Origin: Eledone cirrhosa | Taxonomy: Eukaryota | Assembly (NCBI GenBank): GCA_964016885.1 | Contig: OZ024742.1 | Span: 12,214,001-12,278,000 of the forward strand | Reading direction: 5' to 3' | Length of the DNA: 64,000 bases | In this document: positions 38,601 through 51,840 of the stretch, piece after piece | Numbering within the stretch: position 1 is the first letter of the stretch | Layout of the letters: each line of letters opens with the position of its first letter | Position numbers and translations under genes: made by a program | Notes under the pieces: model-generated | What the model saw: the letters and a program-made list of their open reading frames with translations, nothing else | Told to the model about the DNA's origin: nothing | The model's database searches: none

Positions 38601-38950
38601 AACGTACTAATCCGATTCCTGTGGGCTCTACTTGCCGGCAAGGACAAGTTGAGCTTCCAGTAACCGGGGCCCTGTCTATGAGTTCTGTCAAGGTTGACCA
38701 TGCAGGTCACTAATTTGTGGTCTGAATAGCCAACCATGCGCATTTTTGGACAACTTAAAAAGTCCTTATCCTTAATTCTAACTAAGAACCTATCTAGGTA
38801 CGACCTAGATGATCCGCTACGATTTGCCCAAGTCCAGGTTGGCGCAGTCGGAAAATCTAGTCGATATCTATCGGCCAGGTCAAATCGACCGATTAACCCT
38901 TTGAGGCTATTACACCCCTCTCTATCGGGGCAGGCCCCTACGTAGTCCCA
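35640..38950 (-). mobile_element. Tx1 LINE copy C, 5'-truncated within the endonuclease, in (GATA)n
   Basis: Both junctions are in GATA repeats; tail GCCCTTGTGGCAAATAAAAGAAAC. Confidence 0.95.
35960..38743 (-). CDS. Tx1 ORF2, uninterrupted 927 aa (end of APE, RT, CCHC knuckle); N-terminus lost by truncation
   Basis: SDH, GPGYWKLN, KSPGLDG, NFRPITLLN, KAFDRVDH, QGCPLS, YADD and CPRC..ETVAHALVHC. Confidence 0.92.
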   Translation of the reverse strand: MRMVGYSDHKLVTCMVNLDRTHRQGPGYWKLNLSLPASRAHRNRISTLVKERLTGAIVNSRWWVSLKREIRVVSIEFSKVLAADRNRKERELIDRVEEAIRSGDVARVLASRTALSQFFDAKHEGCVVRSKIRALGNEGTKAVSWARVTGANSGTKSTIRSLRDLDGRAILEPKQMCEAFQRHFARLFGRGGEPVENVDFGPYLDGLPRLSDREAKSCEEPISAAEIEDVLSQCGKRKSPGLDGLPYELYLAMPDLFPDLLEAVYCNWQQNGRIPCTVTKGVVTLVRKDENKGDEISNFRPITLLNTELQILVKVLAKRLALVVGNLVGDAQTCAIPSRSIHDNLHLMRYIIERVGNEPGFGGALINLDQSKAFDRVDHGYLDAVLAAAGFGPVFRGWITAMHSSRICSRVKVNGYLSEPFKIARSIRQGCPLSSLLYVLTLEQLLRKLELLQGIPLEPGLRKAVSAYADDVTVMVSTASEIEAVGTLLEEYEQFTRAKLNRDKSIGLQLGTWRGRPMPSDGVVGRWTEGPVKLLGVCFGPDLQVEKNWAEVTNRVFALTQKSASCKLSLKGRAEVANTYIASVIYYRLTVVPCPRETLTKMERALFQFLWKRRAPMVRRSICCQHPSKGGLGLPWLMMRKNALRLRHLYVFLTGQPVWASFVRRTFPRLVSLTELQSWVKQRPRKLGAWHTECAQALTALWQADPVISGDSTATFYRGLVRSRCDDALGEALDMEEDELAGLFGRTFSPGPMDNFQKSLAWQCYRGALPVRERLYRHGRPGRDPAKKICPRCVCDEETVAHALVHCSGVADLWGYVEQLLSRVGPIRLTTESIVMINPPPPFKDEAEASFLCVIAMAKEVVWWTRLKGLRSGTFLSGQQLVRFFRYHFGRRIRMEREVLYPSRFYERWVKVARMARVNGPSLYISL

Positions 38951-38963
38951 GATAGATAGATAT

Positions 38964-39000
<37 letters not shown>

Positions 39001-39074
39001 CCGAGAGATAGATAGAGAGAGGCTAATGGAGGGGGAGAGCTAGGTAGATAGATAGATATAGAGAGAGAGGTAGG

Positions 39075-39109
<35 letters not shown>

Positions 39110-39129
39110 GTCATGATTCTTTATTTAAA

Positions 39130-39305
39130 TAATATTTCTATATTTGGCACAAGGCCAGCAATCACCTAGTACATTACTGGTACTTTATTTAATCGACCCC
39201 GTAAGGATGAAAGTGAAAGTTAACCTCGGCCGGATTTGAACTCAGAATGGCAAGGGCCGTAACTCTATGCGTGAAATCATGGCGTCTTATGCTTTACCGA
39301 TACTT
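39130..39305 (-). mobile_element. tRNA-derived SINE
   Basis: Core, tail and B box on the - strand. Confidence 0.85.
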
Positions 39306-39309
39306 AGTT

Positions 39310-39344
<35 letters not shown>

Positions 39345-39489
39345 AGGATGTGTGTGTGACGAATGTAATGTAGTTGATCTACACAGAAATGCAAACGGAA
39401 CTTCCGGTCAATAAATTTCTCTTCTCTCTGTTTACTGAAGATTTTCTCCGTTTTTATTTATTCATGGTTTATGTCTTTTTCTGTGTCAT

Positions 39490-39534
39490 TATTGTTGTTG
39501 TTGTTGCTGTTGTTGTTGCTGTTGTTGTTGCTGC

Positions 39535-39568
<34 letters not shown>

Positions 39569-39720
39569 GCTGTTGTTGTTGCTGTTGTTGCTGTTGTTGT
39601 TGTTGTTGTTGTTGCTGTTGTTGTTGCTGCTGTTGTTGCTGTTGTTGTTGTTGTTGTTGCTGTTGTTGTTGTTTTTGCTGTTGTTGCTGTTGTTGTTGTT
39701 GCTGTTGTTGTTGTTTTTGC

Positions 39721-39784
<64 letters not shown>

Positions 39785-39955
39785 GCTGTTGCTGTTGTCA
39801 TTGTCGTTGTCGTTGTTGTTTTTGCTGCAGTTGTTATTGTTGTTGTTGTTGTTGTTGCTGTATAATTTGCCTGTTATTCTTCTCCTCCTCTTCTCAGTAC
39901 ACCATTCTACATATGGTAGATATCACATTATCACACAACATTGTTGTTCTTGTAA

Positions 39956-40016
<61 letters not shown>
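39490..40016. repeat. (GTT/GCT)n tract and (ATT)n tract
   Basis: Direct inspection. Confidence 0.95.
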
Positions 40017-43000
40017 GGGCTAAGCGGACGTATTTTGCTCGCTCACAGTAAGTCGCTTTATTTGCCTGTTTAAATTATTTGTTGTTAAATATTTCTTGTT
40101 GTGTAAGGGATATAAGCCCTTAGACTTTGCCCCGTGAAGGGGAAAGTATAATATTTGGGCCTTTTGGCCTAAATATTTGAACTTTTTTTACATGTTAAAA
40201 AATTTACGAAGAAAAAAAAACATGGCTGAGCCACGCCCCCAGCGATATGTCGGCTGTCGTGCGACGACGACGTAGAAGTTGAGAGGAGTGCTACAGCGAA
40301 ATTAACACAGTGATAACACAAACACCACCACAAACAAGGTAAACAGAGACACCAATGATACCAATAAGAACTCTAATTTGAAAAAAATGACAGTAACAGC
40401 GACAACGAAAATACAGATAAAAAAAAATAACAAATACAACAACAATATCAACACCACTAACATGAAAACAAATAGCGACAAAACCAACAGCAACAATACC
40501 AACTGCACCGAGAACAACGGTGGCAGCAAAGACAACAATGATAACAGCGACAGTGCTAACAACAACACCAACAATAACAACGTCAACAACACCCCCAACG
40601 AAAACCAGAAGAACACTTTCGCTGCGGCAGCAGCAAAAAAGAGGCCATGCTTCAACATGGACCTCTCAAACAAAGATGAAAAGTTGGCCCAGGCATGGAA
40701 GCTCATCAAGCAAGAGCAAACTTGGGCCAACTTAACTGTCCCGGTAGAAGCTATTAAGGCAGTGGAGCGCAAAACGGTGCATTATAGATGCATCTCAGCA
40801 CAGACCAAAAGGGAAGCGTTAATCCCACAAGAAGATATAGAAGTCGCGCTTCTGGGATGTGTGATTGTGGAGGGGACGGATACAGTCCCTATAGAAGTGA
40901 CCAGAACGGCCAGAGAGGAATGGTCCGGGGTTGACCTGGAGATCCTTCTCCAGATCATGCCCGAGAATGTGAAGACAATCCCGGACCACATCCGCCTTCA
41001 GAATGGGACTGTCATTCACATTATGACCGAAGGCAAAAGGCCGCAGTGTTTTGTTTGTGGGGAAAAACCCATTTACGAGCCTTCTGTCCTCAACTGCTGA
41101 AAGAGGCAAGGGGTCGAAAGGCTCCACTGCTGCCGACGCCGGGGCGAGGACAACAACCAACACCTGCACCGGCAAAACCACCAACAACAACACCAATAGA
41201 AAAAACACCACCAACATTGACCACCCAAGGGGGAAACGAGGAAAGCTGTCAAATTCCCCCTCCCCCCCAAAATACACACACCAATAAAACCTTAAACATA
41301 CATACAAACACACTTACAGACACAGATCCCTCATCTACCAGTAGTGAAGATGAGGGAAATCCCAAATCCCCCAAAATACAAAAAAGGAAACACAAAAAAA
41401 GAAAAAAATCAACAAAGCACAAAAGCACCCACAATAAAAAACGCAGTCACCACCCACGCAAACATCTCTCCAATAACACCAACATCAACACCACCATCAC
41501 CATCACCAGAATCCCCCAAACGAAAACAACCGAAACAGACGCAAGAACAAATATACACGCAAACATCTGAAATCACAGACATCGCTCTCACAACAAACAC
41601 AGATACAACCGAAACAACACCACCAAAACCATCACCACCACAGCCACGCAAACAAATAAAATCACACCAACAAAACATACAAAACTTCGTACTCGTCAGG
41701 AGGGCCAACAAGGAACTGATGGCCCTCGTAGCACGAAGTGAAAATATACAAAAAGTGGGGGAAATGTTTAAATCGAGCATATTTCGCGTGCCGGAAGATT
41801 TGGTTCTGGTGCGAATGTCGCTCGACATATTCAAAGAAATACGAGACAGCTTTCCTCCGGACGTGGGAACCCCGAACGTAAAACCCACTTCAAGACTTTT
41901 AAAGGGGTTCCCAAAAGAAATCCCACTAACAATGGAGGTCGAACAACCCGACCTTCACAAGAGCCCGGAAGGTAAGTAAACCTCCTCTCTCTCTGTTTAA
42001 CCTGCCAACATGGCCGTATTAAGAGTAGGATGTTTAAATGTTCGAGGCCTGGGATCGTCCTGGAAGCAGGGTCACCTGCTCAATGACCTCAGGTCTCTAG
42101 AAATGGATGTAATTGCCGTCAGCGAGACCAGGATTTCCGACACGCGCGAACTAGCCTACATTTTCGACGACTATCAGATCTTTGCATCTGTTAGCCAGCC
42201 GGGAATAGGAGGCGGGGTGGCAGTGCTGTTTAGGAAAGGCCTGGATCTCGATGTAAGGTCGATCTTCCGGGACCCGGACGGGAAGTTGGTGGTCCTGGAC
42301 GTGAACAATAATGAAGGTGGTGCCTTTAAACTGGTGGCCGTCTATGCTCCTACTGGGGCAGGACGGCCGGACTTCTTTAGACGCCTGGAAGCCTTTCTGG
42401 GTACCTCTCGCCCTTTACTGTTAGCGGGGGACTGGAACGGCATCTTAGACGCATGCTGGGACTGTGTGGGAGTATCCGATAGGAGCGGGGAGTGCAAAAG
42501 CCTCAAGAACCTGATCAGCCAGTCCAACTGTCTGACAGGTACCGACTAGATTTCACTAATGCGCCAGTGTGGACCTGGGCTAACCGCATAGGATCATCTA
42601 GATGGTGGCGGACTTCAGTCTCTACCTCGATGGCTTGCCGCAACTCTCGACGGCTGACGCTGGGCGCTGCGAAAGGCCAATTACTTCAGCCGAGATTCAG
42701 GATGCCCTTGTAGGCCTCATGAGGCGCAACTCATCCGATTTGGATGATCTGCCCTACGATCTTTACGTAAATATGCCAGACTTGTTCTCCAATCTCCTCG
42801 AAGCGCTCTACTGCAACTGGCAGAAAAACGGGAGTATTCCCAGTTCTGTGAGCCGGGGCGTAGTGACGCTGATAAGGAAAGAAGAGAACAAGAGAGACAC
42901 ATTAGACAATTTCAGGGCCTTAACTCTGCTCAACACAGAGTTTAAGATTTTGGCCAGGGTGTTAGCGAAGAGGTTGGCGCTTGTCGTCGGGGATTTGGTT

Positions 43001-45030
43001 GGGGAGGCGCAAACTTGCGCAATCCCAACCAGGTCCATACACGACAACCTCCACCTAATGCGATACATCATCGAGAGGGTAGGGTGTAAACCTGGCTTCG
43101 GTGGGGCTCTGATCTATTTAGATCAATCGAAAGCATTCGATAGGGTCGACCATCGGTACCTGGAGGCTGTCCTCAAGGCGGCTGCCTTCGGCCCCGTCTT
43201 CAGAAGCTGGATCGCTGCAATGCACAGCGGCACCTGCTCGATGGTCAAAATTAATGGCCACCTCTCGGAACCGTTTCAGGTCTCCCGATCGGTCCGTCAA
43301 GGGTGCCCTCTCTCCTCTCTTCTGTATTGACTCTCGAGCCTTTACTGCAGAAGCTGGAGCTGTTGCAGGGCATCCCGCTCGAACCGGGACGCGGAAAGGC
43401 TGTGTCGGCTTATGCGGACGATATCACCGTGATGGTGTCGGACACCTCAGAAATGGAGGTGGTCGGCAACTTATTGGAGGAATATGAAAGGTTGACGGTA
43501 GCAAAACTTAACCCGGAAAAGTCAGTGGACTTGCAACTCGGCACCAGGAGAGGCAAGTCCATGCCGTCCAACAGCGTCGTTAGGCGCTGGACGGACGGAC
43601 CGGTAAAGTTGCTAGGGGTTTGGATAAGAATTGAGACGAGGTGACGGGCAGGGTAGTCAGTCTCACCCAGAAATGGGCTGGGATGAAGCTATCACTGAAA
43701 GGTCGGGCGGAGGTGGCGAACGCGTACATCGTGTCCGTCATCTACTACCGTCTGACTGTCGTCTCTTGCCCCGTTCGCGCCTCGCCATCTTGGAGCGGCT
43801 CCTCTTCAAATTCTTGTGGAGGAGTCAAGTTCCGCTGGTGAGGCGGTCTATCTGCTGCCAGCACCCTCTACGTGGAGGGCTGGGCATGCCGTGGCTAATG
43901 ATGCGCAGGCACGCGATGAGGTTGCGGCATCTCCAGATATTCTGCCTAAACGGTGAACAGGTGTGGTCGCCGTTTGTCAGACGGGCCTTTCCGCAGCTCG
44001 TTTCTTTGACTGAGTTGCAGTCCTGGGTCAAGAAGAGACCGAGACTGGTGACTGGCATCTGGAATGTTGCCAGGCACTCACTGGCCTCTACCAGGCGAGC
44101 AATGCGGTCAGTGGAACTTCCACTCTCGAGTTCTATAGAGGATTAGTGGTGGGCAAGTGCGACGACGCACTCGGAGAGGCTCTGGGAGTCAACGAAGTCG
44201 AACTAACCAGTCTGTACCGGAGGACTTTCGCGCCTGGGACTATGGATAATTTCCAAAAATCCCTCGCTTGGCAGTGCTACCGGGGGGCACTACCGGTTCG
44301 AGATAAACTCTACAGGCACGGAAGTGCTGTCAGACGGACCTGCCCGAGATGCGCGCAGAGCGACGAAACCGTTCTGCACGCACTCGTCCAGTGTCCGTGC
44401 ACTACTGACTTGTGGAGTTATGTTGAACAGCTGTTGTCGCGTGTAGAACAGATCCGGCTATCGGCCGAGTCCATAGTGAAGATCGACCCGCCGCCTTCTT
44501 TTTGCCAGGAAGGGCAGGCAATTTTCCTCTGTCTGGTGGCAGTAGCGAAAGAGGTTGTATGGTGGACGAGGTTGAAAGGACTGAAGACAGACACTTTTCT
44601 CTTCGGCCAATCCCTCATCAACGTTTTCAAGTTTCACTTGGAAAGGAAGGTGAGGGTGGAGAGAGAAGTGCTGCCCCCCAGTACATTTGCTGAAAGGTGG
44701 GTGAATGTGGCGAGAATGGCCCGTGTGAGTGGGTCTACTCTGGTCATGCGGCTGTAGGTAGGTAAATTTGAAGAGGAGAGGGGTGCCCTTCCAGGGTTCT
44801 CTCGAAGCGTCGGGTCGTTCAGGACTGGTGGGGTACCTGAGCGAACCCTAGGTGGTCATCCCCCCTATTGGGGAATGTTTTCTTGTAATTTTCTTGTTAC
44901 TTTATTGTTACTTTGTTATTGTTACTTTGTTTATTCATATTGTTTACTCGATTTTTCTGTAAATCCCCACTGTCCCAGTCTTTTGTATTGTCCCCTATAT
45001 GTCGGGCCTTGTGGCCAATAAATGAAATCA
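40017..45030 (+). mobile_element. Tx1 LINE copy D; both ends present, internal deletions
   Basis: ORF1 ~40222-41979 (TFAAAA, CFVCG..HLRAFCP) and ORF2 42010-44757, with a deletion at ~42600 joining GSSR to DFSLYLDG. (ATT)n on both flanks. Confidence 0.93.
42010..44757 (+). pseudogene. Tx1 copy D ORF2, frameshifted and internally deleted
   Basis: ORFs 42010-42549, 42602-43330, 43303-43644, 43641-43841, 43631-44146 and 44146-44757. Confidence 0.9.
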
Positions 45031-45829
45031 TTATTATTATTATTATTATTATTATTTTCTTCTTCTTTTTCTTCTTCTTTTTCTTCTTCTTCTTCTTCTT
45101 CTTCTTTTTCTTCTTCTTTTTCTTCTTCTTTTTCTTCTTCTTTTTCTTCTTATTTTCTTCTTATTTTTCTTCTTCTTCTTCTTCTTTTCTTATTCTTGTT
45201 CTTCTTCTTCTTTTTTTCTTCTTCTTCTTCTTCTTTTCTTCTTCTTCTTCTTCTTTTTCTTTTCTTCTTCTTCTTCTTCTTCTTCTTCTTTTTCTTCTTA
45301 TTCTTCTTATTATTATTATTATTCATCTTCTTCTTTTCTTCTTCTTCTTCTTCTTCTTCTTCTTCTTCTTCTTCTTTTCTTCTTCTTCTTCTTCCACTTC
45401 TTCTTCTCCTTCTCCTTCATCTTCTTTTCTTCTTCTTCTTCTTCTTCTTCTTCTTCTTCTTCTTCTTCTTCTTCTTTCTTCTTCTACTACTACTTCTTCT
45501 TCTTCTTCTTTTCTTCTTCTTCTTCTTCTTCTTCTTCTTCTTCTTCTTCTTCTTCTTCAACTTCCTCTTCTTCATCTTCTTCTTCTTTCTTCTTCTTCTT
45601 CTTCTTCTTCTTCTTCATCATTTTCTTCTTCTTCTTCTTCTTCTTCTTCTTCTTCTTCTTCTATAATTTTGCCTTCTTCCATATTACACCTCTTCCTTAC
45701 GAGTCTCATCACCACCACTGTTATCATCACCACCACCATCACCAACACTGTCACAACACCACCACTGTCATCATCATCATCATCTTCATCACCAACAACA
45801 TCATTGCCACCATCACCTACACCACCACC

Positions 45830-45860
<31 letters not shown>

Positions 45861-46520
45861 GCAGCACCACCATAACCAATATCACCACCACCACCACCAG
45901 CACCACCACCACCACCAGCACCCCCCCACATCCACCCCCCACCCCACCACCATCACCATCCCATCCCCCCATCACCACCCCATCCCCCCATCACCACCAC
46001 CACCACCACCATCATCGTGTAGTCTATATTTCAGTAACGTATGTTGTTTTCCTAGTTCAGTGTTCCGGAAATTGTTTATGAAGAAATGAAGCCAAGTGTT
46101 GTTTAGTTGTACAATGGAAGACGACTGTCTTGGGTCACTACTGCCGTCCAACATGGCCACCAACACTGCTGGCTTAATTAAAACATCTTAAACACACACT
46201 CCCATACACACATACACACATGATCAACACCATACACACACACTCAACACACACAGCACCGTACACACACACACTCAACACACAGCACCATACACACACA
46301 CACTCACATACACACACACCCACACTATCAAGACCATACACACACACACTTAACACACACAGCACTGTACACACACACACACACACTCACACTATCAACA
46401 CCATACACACACACACACTCAACATACACAGCACCGTACACACACACACTCAATACACACAGCACCGTACACACACACACACACTCAATACACACATCAC
46501 CGTACACACACACACACTCA
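45030..46520. repeat. (ATT)n, ~600-bp (TTC)n, (CAC)n and degenerate (CA)n tracts
   Basis: Direct inspection. Confidence 0.95.
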
Positions 46521-46619
46521 TACGTTCAACAACGTATACATCCCACCATTTCTCTCAATCATACACAGAACCTAACAAATACTGATATATATATATCTAT
46601 ATATATATTTTTTTTTTTT

Positions 46620-49600
46620 TTATTAAAATAACAGATTAAAGCTTAAGCAAAGAATCGCTGCTTTCACCCTTAACGGGGTCTTCTGAAACCAACAAAGTCA
46701 ATCTGTGAACGCAGAAGTGAATATTTCAAAAAACGTTGCAACCGGAGGAAGACAGGAAGACGATACTTTGGTTCGTGGAAACGTTACCTGGCAAAGAACG
46801 GGAAAAAAGAATATAATACGTCATTATTTGGAGCAGTGAAAAACAATTACACGAAAAGACAAACCACGTTTATGGTATAAAAGAAGTCTTCGGTTTCCTA
46901 GTTAGAATTTTAGTCTACGACTTCAGTTATACCATTTACGTGGTTTTGTCTTTGCGTGCAATTGTTCTCCCCGCTCCACATATGACGTATTATCTTCGTT
47001 TTTCCGTTCATTGCCAGAGAATGTCTCTATGAACCACCTAAAAGAACATTAGTCTACGACTTCTTTTATACCATAAACGTGGTTCTGTCTTTGCGTGTAA
47101 TTGTTTTTCACTGCTCCAAATAATGACATATTATATTCGTTTTTTCCTGTTCTTTGCCAGGGAACGTTTCCACGAACCGAAGAATCGTCTTCCTGACTTC
47201 CTCCGGTTTTAACGTTTTTTGAAATATTCACTTCTGCGTTCACAGATTGACTTTGTTAGTTTCAGAAGATCCCGTTAAGGGTGAAAGCAGCGATTGTTTG
47301 CTTAAACTTTAATCTGTTATTTTAATAAATATTTGCTCTACGGTCCTTATATATTTGATATATATTTATCCTTATCGAGCCCTCTTTGGATTTTAGTCTT
47401 CAAATTTAATATTATTACTATTTGGCTCCCTCGGTTGAGCACTCTATTGACTTATATTCATCATGCAGAAACAACATCTGAATAATTCTACAAAGAATAT
47501 ATCCGTACCAAGCAGGAAAACATACCTAAAACTTCTGATACAGAAAACAGACGCGTTCATTAAAAGGTTGCGTTGGCGTGCCTTTTATTTCGATAATCAT
47601 GTAAAAGCAGACAACAAACAGGAGAAATGTGGGTTTAAAATCTATAATAACCCTCCGAGTAACCCAGCATTGCTACCCTTCGAAAATGATGTCTTGGAAC
47701 TCATACGGAGTATCAAATTTCGGAATAGGAGCAATTCCTTCCAGCAAGACCTGAAGAATAGAATTCGTTCTATTAAGGATTCTAATGCCGTGCACGTCCA
47801 TTCCGACAAAACTGGCAATCTATATCAAGTGGAGCGCAGTACTTTCCATCAACTACTACATAATGCTGTAACTAATGATTACCGTAAAACTAATCGGAGT
47901 GTCATTAATGAAATCAACGATGCTGGGTTTAAAATCACCTCTCATCTCAACATCCTGGACCGGACTGAACCTCTGGACTCTATTTCTCCCCCACTTTACC
48001 CTGAAGGATCACAAATCCAATTGTCCGAACAACCCCTCTATTCGGCTTATTAACCCTACGAAGTCCGATTTAGGTAGACTTAGTAAAAGGATTATTGATA
48101 GAATTATACCAGAAATTAGAAGTTATGCCCCTCTTGCACTGTGGAACAATTCTTTCGCGATGGTTGATTGGTTCAACGGCATATGCAACAAGGAACATTG
48201 CTGCTATACCCAATTCGACATCAATAATTACTAATCCTCCAACACTTTACCACTTCTCCTTAGAGCTATCAATTTCGCTAAAACACTCACAGTGCTTAAG
48301 GATTTCGAAGTTGATGTCATCCTCAATGCCCGTAGGTCGGTGATTAATTTCGACGACTCTATTTCGATTAAAAAATCTAATAGTACCCCATTCGACGTGA
48401 GTATGGGTGCCAGCGATTCTGCGGAGGTTACTGATCTTATCGGCCTTTTCCTTCGTTTCTCTTTCAAGGCAGAATTCCCCCAACGTGGCAGTCGTTTATA
48501 CCGTGATGATGGTCTTTTGACCATGACTAAGTGCGGCCCACGTGCTTGCGACAGGTTCAGAAAAGAACTCACACCCTTCTTTAAAGGCTTCAACCACTCC
48601 ATACAGGTTGAGGCCAACTTCTCGGTCGTTAATTACCTCGACGTTACCATCAATTTATCGAATGGCTTGCATTACCCGTATAGAAAGCCGAATGATACGC
48701 TTAATTACATAAGTAAGCATTCTAACCATCCTGCCAGCATAACCAAGAACCTGGTAAGAAACAATTCTTTGAGGCTTTCCCGTCTGTCTACTAACGAGCA
48801 TATTTTCAACGACCATTCCACATATTACAATGAAGCTCTTGCTCGGAGTGGATTTGTCGATAAGGTTACATATACAGAGTACGAGAATAGACCTAGAAGA
48901 AATAGATCCCGACGCATTATATAGTATAACCCAGCATATAATATGGAGGTGCCCAGACCATTAGCTAAGATCTTTCTCTCCCTTATTACGAAGCATTTTC
49001 CCCCTACACATAAATATAGTAACATTTTAAATAGAAATTACTATTAAAATGTTTTACTCTACGACTGCTAACCTTGCACATAACATCACAGCTTCAAATT
49101 TAGCTAAACTACCTAGCCGTAGGAACACGTGCAACCCTGTAGTTAGTACTAACTGTAATTGTAGGAATCGGGCTGACTGCCTCCTTTCCGGGAAATGCAC
49201 CTCTAGTAACATTGTCTACAAATGTAAGGTTGAACCACCCACGTGCCGTAGGGCCTATATAGGGTTAACCACCAATAGATTCAAGCAGCGTTTTTACATG
49301 TATAGTCATTCTTTTCGTTACCATTTAAGAAGGAATATGACGTCACTTTCAGCTTATATCTGGAGTCTAAAAGACAACCACACCCAATATAAGTTACACC
49401 GGGAGATCCTAGCTAGGGCTAGATCGTATAATGGAAATAAAAGTCCATGTGTCCTCTGCGTCGCTGATCACATCGCCAAAGATCACATCTTAAACAAAAA
49501 ATCTGAGGCAATTTCGGCTTGTAAACATAAATTGCACAAAACTTTCCTGTATTACAGCCCCACATTATACCCTAACGGATAGTACGAACTATACGCGGAT

Positions 49601-49998
49601 ATTTTACGTCTTGATGTGGTAGCTAAGTATACTTATTTTTATACCATTACTTATTTGTATAGGTAAGTATATATTACCTGTATGTTTTGTGAAGGTACTT
49701 ATACTTTCTCGTACGTATATTTCATTGTATATGTTATGGCATATATTTTATATTCTGGTACATATGCTTTTGGTTATGTGTATACGTGAGTTTTGTGTCT
49801 GTGTGAGTATGCGGGTTCGTACGTATGTAGGGTGTGTGTATATGTCTACTTTGTGTTTTGGTTGACGTTCATCTCCGAACATATGTGTATTTACATGTAG
49901 GTATGTGTGCGCGCTTGTTACATACTTGCTTATCTATTTATAAAGTTTATTTAATTATATGTATACACGCACACACACAAACACACATACACACACAT

Positions 49999-50066
<68 letters not shown>

Positions 50067-50067
50067 G

Positions 50068-50106
<39 letters not shown>

Positions 50107-50730
50107 ATTTGGTGTATACATTCGTATGCGTGCGGGTACAGGCGTTGCTTGAGTTCTGTATGTGCGTGCGGGTTTTTTTGTTTTTTTTTTCGTGTACGTG
50201 CGTGTATTTGTATACATATGGCGAGTGTTTTCGTATGCTTGTGTAATGACGTATATGGATGCGTGTATGTATTTCTTTTATTTCAATTACCTCTGTATTT
50301 TATTTACTTTATCCTTAACTCTGAAGACGAGAATCATTCGGTTTCCGAGTTAGAATTTTAGACTACGACCTCTTTTATACCATAAACGTGGTTCTGTCTT
50401 TGCGTGTTATTGTTTTTCACTGCTCCAAATAATGACGTATTATATTCGTTTTTTCCCGTTCTTTGCCAGGGAACGTTTCCACGAACCGAAGAATCGTCTT
50501 CTTGTCTTCCTCCCGTTGTAACGTTTTTTGAAATATTCACTTCTGCGTTCACAGATTGACTTTGTTGGTTTCAGAAGATCCCGTTAAGGGTGAAAGCAGC
50601 GATTCTTTGCTTAAACTTTAATCTGTTATTTTAATAAATATTTGCTCTACGGTTCTTAGATATTTGATATATATTTATCCTTATCGAGCCCTCTTTGGAT
50701 TTTAGTCTTCAAATTTATTATTATTACTAT
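46620..50730 (+). mobile_element. Penelope-like element copy P2 with canonical architecture: inverted pLTR, direct pLTR, ORF, 3'UTR, direct pLTR
   Basis: Inverted pLTR ~46620-46890; direct pLTRs ~47050-47420 and ~50358-50730; (TA)n flanks; same protein as P1. Confidence 0.93.
47463..49582 (+). pseudogene. PLE P2 RT/GIY-YIG polyprotein, disrupted
   Basis: ORFs 47463-48053, 47875-48234, 48292-48924 and 49049-49582; motifs LYRDDGL and IVYKC..YIGLT. Confidence 0.9.
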
Positions 50731-50757
50731 CTATATATATATGTATCTATCTATCTA

Positions 50758-50865
<108 letters not shown>

Positions 50866-51029
50866 ATATACACACCGTAGTTACACAGCTAATATATCTA
50901 TCACACAATGTATTCTATACAACGACAATCCTATTGGTTGGTTAGGCCATAAAGAGACTCTACTCTGAAACACAAAGCCAAAGGTACACACACACATAGA
51001 CACAATTATATGTATATATATTAAAAGTT

Positions 51030-51107
<78 letters not shown>

Positions 51108-51108
51108 A

Positions 51109-51175
<67 letters not shown>

Positions 51176-51184
51176 CATATATAT

Positions 51185-51270
<86 letters not shown>

Positions 51271-51749
51271 TAAATTATGTCCTTAGAATTATTAGATAAA
51301 ATATATAACATTTCCTCTCCCAATTACCATAATTAACCATATAAAAAATCAATTAGAGCAAGCTATAAGAATAAAGACTCTTATGAAGAAATTTCCGACA
51401 AATAACCGAAAGCGCCCTCTTCGCGGTGGCCCCAATAGAGTATTTATCCAACATTTCAACAGCATGTAGAAACTGACTAAATATACCATCAACCATACAC
51501 AATTAGGTGCAAATTCAAACTTAGAAGATATGTGTACATACCGTAATTATATCTCTACCATGGTTTCATCCGTATTTTTAGACATCCAATTAATAGGATG
51601 TGTCCAGAGTATCGGTTTCGTCAGGAGACAAACTCAAAATTAGACATTTAGTTTTCCAAAGTGATCGCGCCAAAAATAGATTCAAAAATGGCTAAGAATC
51701 GTGACGTGGCAGTGGTCAATATATATATATATGTATATATTTGTAATTG

Positions 51750-51840
<91 letters not shown>

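Noticed and set aside
44913-45875. Long low-complexity ORFs (poly-F/L/S, poly-[13 protein letters not shown]) throughout the window
   Set aside because: They are translations of microsatellites that lack stop codons.
47255-47305. Hammerhead in the P1/P2 pLTR (CAGAAGA-TCCCGTTAAGGGT-GAAAGC)
   Set aside because: The core is CAGAAGA rather than CTGANGA in all copies, and I could not form stem I or an NUH stem III. At best it is a derived relic. CTGAAGA at 50321 lacks a following GAAA.
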